Positions 25,886-32,000 of a stretch of DNA of 32,000 nucleotides are shown here, piece after piece (position 1 is the first letter of the stretch; each line of letters begins with the position of its first letter). Location of the stretch: NCBI RefSeq assembly GCF_000012925.1, contig NC_007517.1:1380001-1412000 (forward strand). Reading direction: 5' to 3'. The translations under genes were made by a program, and so were the position numbers. The notes below the pieces were generated by a model. It saw nothing but the letters and a program-made list of their open reading frames with translations. It made no database searches and was not told the origin of the DNA. The stretch is from Geobacter metallireducens GS-15 (GTDB lineage: Bacteria; Desulfobacterota; Desulfuromonadia; Geobacterales; Geobacteraceae).

Positions 25886-27184
25886 ATGCACCTTTCCCGC
25901 TATCTGAAACGGTACTCCTGCCATGAGCGGCCGGGGCACCTGCTTCTCTTTTCCACCAGAACCGCTGCCATCGCCATCGTTCCCGAGAAGGTCATTGCCA
26001 ATATCGAACAGGGAGCCATCAGTCCGGCGACCGCTGAAACCCTCTCGCGTCTCGGGTTTCTTGTCCCCGATACCGAGGTCGAGGCGGAACAGGTACGTCA
26101 GTTGTTCACGACGATCAATGGGGAGCGCACCGTTGCCACCATCATCGCCGTTCTGAACATGGACTGCAACCTGGCCTGCACTTACTGCTTCGAGGGTGGG
26201 CTGAAGGGGAAGCGGTACATGGATCACGCAACGGCAGAACGACTGGTATCTTTTCTGGACCGCCATTACCTCGCCGAAGGCATTGCCCCCAATCTGGATT
26301 TTTACGGTGGTGAGCCCCTCTTGAGTCTGGATCTGATCCGTTCCATCACCACGAGGCTGAAAGAACGTGCTGCCGGACGTGGGCTTTCCTGTTCCTTCGG
26401 CATGGTCAGCAACGGTACGCTTTTGACCGGAGATGTGGCCTGCGAGTTGGCCTCGCTGGGCGTTACCGGGGTCCAGGTTACCCTTGACGGCACTCGCGAG
26501 AACCATGATCGATACAGACCCTTTGTCTCCGGAAAGGGAAGCTTTGATGTGATAGTGCGGAATCTGCTGGAAGCATGCGATCTGCTCGATATCAGCATCG
26601 TCTGCAACTACACCCAGGAGAATTACTGGGGATTCCCCTCCCTGCTCGATTATCTCCTTGAAGTAGGCCTGAAGCCCGAACGGATTGCTGCTGTCAATTT
26701 CGCCCCCATCTCCCGAATCGGCACAGGGGAGCTTCCCCCCGAGTTCAACGATAGCTGTGCCTCCCACAATATGCCGTGGGTTTACGAATCGCAGCTCTTT
26801 TTGCGTCAGGAGGCTCTGAAGCGGGGCTACTCAGTGGCGAAGCTCCGTCCGCCGCTCTGCATGGTGGAATTGGCCCGTGATCTCGTGGTTACCCACGAAG
26901 GGGAATTGTACAAGTGCCCGGCTTTCATGGGGCGGAAGGGGCTTGCGGTTGGTACGCTGGAAGCGGGCGTCACGGAGTACCGGGAATCTCACAATCTCGA
27001 TCTCTGGAATAACGAGGAATGTCTCGACTGTGAGTATCTCCCCTTCTGCTACGGTGGGTGCAGGCTTTCGCGGCTCGCGCAGACGGGGGAGATTAATGGG
27101 GTGGACTGCCGAAGGGACTACTACGAAGCATCCCTTGAGCGGTATGTCCGGCAAGAGATGGCCAACACGTCCCGTAAACGATAA
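25886..27184 (+). CDS. Radical SAM / SPASM-domain peptide maturase with N-terminal RRE (PqqD-like) domain
   Basis: Radical SAM cluster motif CNLACTYC (CX3CX2C). C-terminal SPASM Cys pattern (KCPAF ... CLDCEYLPFCYGGC ... DC). The N-terminal ~90 aa resemble peptide-recognition elements of sacti/ranthipeptide synthases. The ATG at 25886 is preceded by GGGAGGG at 5 nt. The track's ATG at 25835 lies right after the terminator T-run. Confidence 0.9.
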   Translation: MHLSRYLKRYSCHERPGHLLLFSTRTAAIAIVPEKVIANIEQGAISPATAETLSRLGFLVPDTEVEAEQVRQLFTTINGERTVATIIAVLNMDCNLACTYCFEGGLKGKRYMDHATAERLVSFLDRHYLAEGIAPNLDFYGGEPLLSLDLIRSITTRLKERAAGRGLSCSFGMVSNGTLLTGDVACELASLGVTGVQVTLDGTRENHDRYRPFVSGKGSFDVIVRNLLEACDLLDISIVCNYTQENYWGFPSLLDYLLEVGLKPERIAAVNFAPISRIGTGELPPEFNDSCASHNMPWVYESQLFLRQEALKRGYSVAKLRPPLCMVELARDLVVTHEGELYKCPAFMGRKGLAVGTLEAGVTEYRESHNLDLWNNEECLDCEYLPFCYGGCRLSRLAQTGEINGVDCRRDYYEASLERYVRQEMANTSRKR

Positions 27185-27235
27185 CTTTGCCGGAGACGAA
27201 TTTGATTCCGTGAAGCACTGCTCGATTGACGGGGG

Positions 27236-28186
27236 TTACGGCGCTGTCACCTGCACTACCGAGCTTGTTTCGCCATTGGGGTTAATCACCTGAATCCTCA
27301 GATCCTTATCCGTCGGATCGGCGGGATAGCGCTGGTAGACCAGTTTCGAGCAGTCCACAAAGGTCAGAAACTCCCGTTCCCCTGATGGCGGCGCACCCGC
27401 CCTGAGTCGTTTGCCGGCTCCCGCGTTCAGTCCCACCTGCAGACTGTTTTCCTCCACTACTATTGTTGTTCCTGGCTGGAAATTCTTCCCTTCGATAACC
27501 AGCTTGTAATAGGTGACCGCTGCGTCGCTCCTTGTAACGCTGTAAATTTCCGGGGTTGCCACGATGGTAAGAGTCATGGGGGTGGTGAAGGTGTCGTCAG
27601 GATTTTTGACCTGGACCTGATGGAGTCCTCCAGGGGCCTGGGGGACAGTGAAGGTGAGAGATTGCTCCGAACCGAAGCTGCTCTTCACCACCGACCCATC
27701 GAAAAGCACTTGGCTTGCTGGCTGGAAATTGCGGCCGGTGATGGATAGGACACGCTCGCCCGCAGAGGAACAGACGCTGATAGTGTCGGGAGAAATGGAT
27801 TCGACAAAGGGTTTCGGTGCCTGGATCGAGAAATTGTAGGTACGGCTCGTGGCGCCGTCGCGTTTGAGGAAAAGGGCGTAAAGTCCAGGAGGGAGTTTCG
27901 GTATGGTGAAGGTCAGCAGTTCCGGACCAACGACCGTGGTCGGCACTTCGATTGTGCCCAGAAATGCCGATGTCTTCGCGGTAAAGCCGGTTCCCGAAAG
28001 GGTAACGGTGATATTCGGCTCGCCCTGGGCCGGAATGATGCTCAGGATATTTGGAGCAGGGGCGGGGGCCGGTTTCTCTGCCACCGTTGAGCTTGTCTTC
28101 CTGGACTTGGTTTGGGGGGCGCCCTGGGCGGCCACCGCAGGCAACAGCGCCGCAAGCGCCACCAGTGCAGTTACACGTTGTTTCAT
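27236..28186 (-). CDS. Secreted protein with three IPT/TIG-like Ig-fold repeats
   Basis: ATG at 28186 after GGGAGG. Signal peptide MKQRVTALVALAALLPAVAAQGA. Three ~85-aa repeats of the pattern P.I.SI.P......V.L.G.GF.......F.G......V.....LTF.VP....G...V. Confidence 0.8.
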   Translation of the reverse strand: MKQRVTALVALAALLPAVAAQGAPQTKSRKTSSTVAEKPAPAPAPNILSIIPAQGEPNITVTLSGTGFTAKTSAFLGTIEVPTTVVGPELLTFTIPKLPPGLYALFLKRDGATSRTYNFSIQAPKPFVESISPDTISVCSSAGERVLSITGRNFQPASQVLFDGSVVKSSFGSEQSLTFTVPQAPGGLHQVQVKNPDDTFTTPMTLTIVATPEIYSVTRSDAAVTYYKLVIEGKNFQPGTTIVVEENSLQVGLNAGAGKRLRAGAPPSGEREFLTFVDCSKLVYQRYPADPTDKDLRIQVINPNGETSSVVQVTAP

Positions 28187-28242
28187 GGAGCCTCCCGTCC
28201 GAAGCGTACTTCGCACCAATTAAATCACCTGGTCGTGCGATG

Positions 28243-29322
28243 TCAACGGTTGAGTGTCATGGCGAGCCAGATGCCCGAGAGGGCAAAAATGACGTTTGCC
28301 GCCCACGCTGAAACCAGGGAGGGAAGGACGCCGGTCTGGCCGAAGGAGATGAGAATGGCGTTGATGATGAAGTAGGCGAAGCCGAAGCCGATGCTGGCGC
28401 CGATGCCGAGGGCGACACCGCTGGAGCGGCTTCCCCGCAGTGCGAACGGGATGCCGAGAAAGGCCATGATGAGCGAGGCAAAGGGAAGCGATATTTTTGA
28501 ATGCATCTGGGCTTCGTAACGGGTGGTTTCGTACCCCCCCTTTTTCAGCTTTTGGATATACTCTCTCAGCTTCAGAAATCCCATGTTGTCGGCGTATTTG
28601 TCCACCACTTTGAGGTCTTCTATCTGGAGGTTGAGGTTGACCGGCATGCTGGCGATCTGGGTTGTATTGGCAACGCCGCCCCCCTGAAAATCCCGCACGG
28701 TGACTTTCCAGAGAGTCCATTGGCCACCGTCCCAACTCCCCTGTTCGGCGTCTATTCTCCGTGAGGGAGTCATCCCCTCCGAAAAAGACCACAGTGTTAC
28801 CCCCCTCAACGTCTGATGGTCGGGATCAAAGGCCCGTGCCATGAGTATCGCTTTGTTGTCCTTGTGCCAGATATTGTTCTGGCGCAAGAACGTATTCGAG
28901 CTTTTTTTCCTGATGAGGACCTCCTCAATGAAGCGCATCTGGCTGTAGGTCTTCGGCAGAATCAGCTCGTTTGACACGATAACGAAAAGGCTGGCCGCAC
29001 AGGCTATGGCCAGGATTGGCGCACTGATTTTGCGGAGGCTCACGCCACAACTGCGCATGGCGATGATCTCGCTGTTGCGCGACAGCATCCCAAGCGTCAG
29101 CAGGGTGGCCATGAGTACCGCAAGAGGGATTACCTGGGTGGCGATTTCGGGGATCTTGTAGAGGAAAAACTGGGCAACATGTATCCACTGGGGATCGAAG
29201 CGAAGAAAACGTCCGATCTTTTCCAGAAAATCAATCACCAGGTAGATGGCTATGAATGATGCAAGGCAGAGCCAGAAAACCCGCAAATAGGCGGAGGCTA
29301 TGTAACGAGTCAGGATGCTCAC
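28243..29322 (-). CDS. lptG: LPS export ABC transporter permease LptG (YjgP/YjgQ family)
   Basis: The GTG at 29322 (VSILTRYIASAYL...) forms a GTGA overlap with the lptF stop. Six-TM YjgP/YjgQ architecture with a periplasmic beta-jellyroll-like insert. Second gene of the pair. Confidence 0.85.
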   Translation of the reverse strand: MSILTRYIASAYLRVFWLCLASFIAIYLVIDFLEKIGRFLRFDPQWIHVAQFFLYKIPEIATQVIPLAVLMATLLTLGMLSRNSEIIAMRSCGVSLRKISAPILAIACAASLFVIVSNELILPKTYSQMRFIEEVLIRKKSSNTFLRQNNIWHKDNKAILMARAFDPDHQTLRGVTLWSFSEGMTPSRRIDAEQGSWDGGQWTLWKVTVRDFQGGGVANTTQIASMPVNLNLQIEDLKVVDKYADNMGFLKLREYIQKLKKGGYETTRYEAQMHSKISLPFASLIMAFLGIPFALRGSRSSGVALGIGASIGFGFAYFIINAILISFGQTGVLPSLVSAWAANVIFALSGIWLAMTLNR

Positions 29323-30488
29323 GCAGCCTTCCTCCGGTGGAGCCACTCCCGCGCCTCTCCGATAAGCGTTCGCCCTCTCTCTATCAGAGGAAAGGGCCGT
29401 TCAGTCGCCGCGAGCCTCAGCAGATAAACGCCAAAGGCGGTAAAGAAGACATTGGGGAGCCAGACAGCAAGCGGGATGGGAAGAATTTCCTTCTCCGCAA
29501 TGGTCTTGCCGGCGGACATGACCACGTAGTACAGCATGAGGATGATGATGCCCGCTGAAAAACCTCCTGCTCTTCCCGACCGCTGGTTCTGGATGCCAAG
29601 CGGAACGCCTACCATTGCGAATACGATGCAGGCAAAGGGGAGCGCAAACCGTTTATGAAGCTCAATCGAGACATCGCGGCGGAACTTTTCGTTGTTCTGT
29701 CGGTTCCCGCGACTGGCAATAAGTTGCTTGAGGGTCATATCCTGTTCGTCGAACTGGTTTTTTTTCGCGTTCTGGCGCAGGTCCACATGGAGGTCGTAGC
29801 TGCGGAACTCAACAAGACGGTAGCCGCCAGGATCTATCCCCCGATGAATGCTCCCGTTCACAAGGTGAAGTCGGACGTTTTTTTCTTCGGGAGCTGCCGC
29901 GATTATTCCGGTTGAGGCGAAGATGGTCATTGGTTCATCCGGGTTGCGCTCGTCATGGATCAGGATGCCCGATATCTGGTGGCTCGTCTGGTCATAATCG
30001 TCAATATACACAACCAAGCCGGGGAAATCGTCGATAAATACCTTTTCCTTGATGGTTGTGGCAGCCCGCGACTCAATAACCTCGTAGAGAAATCGCTTGA
30101 AGGAAGTGTTGCCCCAGGGGAGTGCAAAGACCGTGATGAACGTCGTGACGAGATAGGCAAGGACGGCGAACGTGAAGACTGGCGTGAGCAGCGATCCGAG
30201 GCCAACCCCCCCCGCCTTCATGGCTGTTACTTCGCTGTCCGCGGACAGTCTGCCGAAGGAAAGAAGTACCGCCAGCAGAAATGCCATGGGGATTGCAACG
30301 AGCAAGAAGGAAGGAAGCATGTAGAGGATGAGTCGGCAAACGTCGAGGAATGGCACTCCCTTGGCGAAGACCATCTCTGCCAGTTTGAGCAGGCGCCCCA
30401 TGAGAAGTACAAAGGTAAAAACCGCCATGCCGAGAACGAACGGAACAGCGGTTTCCTTGAAAATGTAACGGAACAGAATGCTGGTCAT
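29319..30488 (-). CDS. lptF: LPS export ABC transporter permease LptF (YjgP/YjgQ family)
   Basis: The ATG at 30488 (MTSILFRYIFKETAVPFVLG...) matches the canonical family N-terminus. The longer track ORF (to 30575) would cover the probable rpsB/lptF divergent promoter region. Confidence 0.85.
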   Translation of the reverse strand: MTSILFRYIFKETAVPFVLGMAVFTFVLLMGRLLKLAEMVFAKGVPFLDVCRLILYMLPSFLLVAIPMAFLLAVLLSFGRLSADSEVTAMKAGGVGLGSLLTPVFTFAVLAYLVTTFITVFALPWGNTSFKRFLYEVIESRAATTIKEKVFIDDFPGLVVYIDDYDQTSHQISGILIHDERNPDEPMTIFASTGIIAAAPEEKNVRLHLVNGSIHRGIDPGGYRLVEFRSYDLHVDLRQNAKKNQFDEQDMTLKQLIASRGNRQNNEKFRRDVSIELHKRFALPFACIVFAMVGVPLGIQNQRSGRAGGFSAGIIILMLYYVVMSAGKTIAEKEILPIPLAVWLPNVFFTAFGVYLLRLAATERPFPLIERGRTLIGEAREWLHRRKAA

Positions 30489-30556
30489 GGAGGCGCGATG
30501 ATACACGAAGGTATGAGGGTTGTAAATAACAGAGGGGTGTGCATCACAGTTTGCCC

Positions 30557-30585
30557 TTGTCAATTGTCTGTTCATGTGCTATACG
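30557..30585 (+). promoter_or_regulatory. Candidate sigma70-type promoter for rpsB-tsf
   Basis: TTGTCA (30557-30562), 17 nt, TATACG (30580-30585), about 110 nt upstream of the rpsB ATG. Confidence 0.3.
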
Positions 30586-30693
30586 AGTTCGGTTTCTAAT
30601 TCGCACGCTTTCTGTCCGGCCGGTGGTGTCCGCGTCTGATGCGGGTTCCGGCTGTCGGGGAAGCGGAGGCACAACCAAAAAGGAGAAAAAAGT

Positions 30694-31449
30694 ATGTCCA
30701 GTGTAACAATGAAGGAGCTGCTGGAGGCCGGCGTACATTTCGGTCACCAAACCAAGAGATGGAATCCGAAGATGAAGCCGTACATTTTCGGGGCGCGGAA
30801 CGGGATTTATATCATCGATCTCCAGAAGACCGTCCGCCTGTTCAAAAATGCTTACAGCTTTGTTCGCGAGTGTGCCCAGTCCGGTGAGACGATACTCTTT
30901 GTCGGGACCAAGAAGCAGGCCCAGGACGCCATTGGTGAGGAAGCGTCGCGTTGCAATATGTATTATGTTAACCAACGCTGGCTTGGCGGGATGCTTACCA
31001 ACTTCGCCACCGTGAAGCAGAGCATTGATCGCCTCAAGCGTCTTGATGCCATGTTTGCCGATGGTACCGTTGAAGCCTACACCAAGAAGGAAGCCCTCCA
31101 GTTGGAAAAAGAGCGCCAGAAGCTCGAAAAGACCCTCGGCGGTATCAAGGGGATGGGAAAGGTTCCCGGTGCGCTTTTCGTGATTGACCCGAAGAACGAA
31201 ACGATTGCCATCAACGAAGCCAAAAAGCTCGGCATTCCTGTCGTGGCGGTTGTTGATACCAACTGCGATCCGGATCCGATCGATTATGTCATTCCCGGAA
31301 ACGATGATGCAATTCGCGCCATTCGTCTTCTGACCTCTAAGATGGCCGATGCGGTTCTCGAAGGTGCCCAGGCCCGGGATGCGCAGTTGCAGACCGGGGA
31401 AGAAGAGATGGCTGCTGCCGAAGGTGAGTCGGAGCAGGTAGAAGCGTAA
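30694..31449 (+). CDS. rpsB: 30S ribosomal protein S2
   Basis: 251 aa. [36 protein letters not shown], the universal S2 N-terminus. SD AAAGGAG. Acidic C-terminal tail. Confidence 0.97.
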   Translation: MSSVTMKELLEAGVHFGHQTKRWNPKMKPYIFGARNGIYIIDLQKTVRLFKNAYSFVRECAQSGETILFVGTKKQAQDAIGEEASRCNMYYVNQRWLGGMLTNFATVKQSIDRLKRLDAMFADGTVEAYTKKEALQLEKERQKLEKTLGGIKGMGKVPGALFVIDPKNETIAINEAKKLGIPVVAVVDTNCDPDPIDYVIPGNDDAIRAIRLLTSKMADAVLEGAQARDAQLQTGEEEMAAAEGESEQVEA

Positions 31450-31545
31450 GTCGTTTTACCCTGTCCGTTTGGCACGGGGCGTATATCATTCAAATTCAAA
31501 GAACAGGCTGACGCACGGCGCGTCGGCCCTGTCCGGGAGGATACA

Positions 31546-32000
31546 GTGAGCATCACAGCTGCACAGGTAAACGAGCTGAGAAAAGCTACCGGAGCAGGAC
31601 TTATGGACTGCAAGAAGGCCCTTACTGAGACCGGCGGCGATCATGAGAAGGCCATTGACTACCTTCGGAAGAAGGGGCTTGCCGCCGCCTCCAAGAAAGC
31701 TGGTCGCGTGGCTTCCGAGGGCGCGGTGGGTTCCTACATTCACGCTGGCGGAAAAATCGGAGTTCTCGTCGAAGTCAACTGCGAGACCGACTTCGTTGCG
31801 CGTAACGAAAACTTCCAGGCTTTCGTGAAGGATATCGCCATGCACATTGCGGCGGCCGCTCCCCAGTATGTGCGCCGCGAAGAAGTGACCGCGGATGTTG
31901 TCGAGCGCGAGAAGGAAATCTACCGCGCCAAGGCACGGGAAACCGGCAAGCCTGAGAATATTATCGAGAAGATCATCGAGGGGCAGGTTAATAAGTTTTA
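31546..32000 (+). CDS. tsf: Elongation factor Ts (3' end beyond the window)
   Basis: The GTG at 31546 lies 5 nt after GGGAGG. The translation [42 protein letters not shown]...[27 protein letters not shown] is the EF-Ts signature. The frame is open to nt 32000. Absent from the ORF track because no stop lies in the window. Confidence 0.95.
   Translation, partial: MSITAAQVNELRKATGAGLMDCKKALTETGGDHEKAIDYLRKKGLAAASKKAGRVASEGAVGSYIHAGGKIGVLVEVNCETDFVARNENFQAFVKDIAMHIAAAAPQYVRREEVTADVVEREKEIYRAKARETGKPENIIEKIIEGQVNKF

Noticed and set aside
30489-30575. N-terminal extensions offered by the ORF track for lptF (to 30575), lptG (to 29346), the TPR lipoprotein (from 10332), the M48 protease (from 16172), the permease (from 13783), the IPT/TIG protein (to 28219) and the beta-CA (from 19447).
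   Set aside because: In each case an internal ATG or GTG with a proper SD yields the canonical family N-terminus or signal peptide. The extensions add non-homologous residues and cover promoter or overlap regions.
1-32000. Mobile elements, CRISPR arrays, tRNA/rRNA genes, and large direct or inverted repeats.
   Set aside because: Reading both strands, I found no transposase, integrase or Cas-like ORFs, no regularly spaced repeats, no tRNA-like T-arm (GGTTCGAATCC-type) motifs, and no long repeated blocks. Only the short palindromes and terminators listed above were found.

Overview
This is a high-GC chromosomal segment whose gene content looks like a Geobacter-type (Desulfuromonadales) deltaproteobacterium; that assignment is inferred from gene content, with no database search. 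I call about 31 protein genes. I found no rRNA, tRNA, CRISPR array, IS element or prophage signature.

Gene order:
- 5'-truncated YhaN-like SMC/AAA ATPase, HIT protein, DUF4124 protein
- a ~600-bp unexplained spacer, then lgt
- minus-strand operon: APH/P-loop kinase fusion, small membrane protein, 1100-aa symporter-GAF-PP2C phosphatase, STAS antagonist, RsbW-like kinase
- TPR lipoprotein, peptide-type ABC binding protein and two permeases (no ATPase gene), hypothetical protein, M48 protease, DUF815 ATPase
- mercury-methylation pair hgcA-hgcB, then a secreted beta-carbonic anhydrase
- hybrid histidine kinase with a PF04392-like periplasmic partner
- TonB-dependent receptor, then an unlisted 42-aa peptide gene with an RRE/radical-SAM/SPASM maturase
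- IPT/TIG protein, lptG, lptF, rpsB, and tsf (3'-partial)

Most interesting observations:
1. hgcA is preceded by an in-frame ATG...TGC-TGA segment with a SECIS-like hairpin. This suggests a Cys-Sec N-terminal extension.
2. An orphan RiPP ('geopeptide'-like) cassette sits downstream of the TonB-dependent receptor.
3. An A8-tract frameshift splits the STAS gene.
4. The spacer before lgt is bracketed by a promoter and a terminator and may encode an ncRNA.

All family names come from motif recognition by eye, not from searches.
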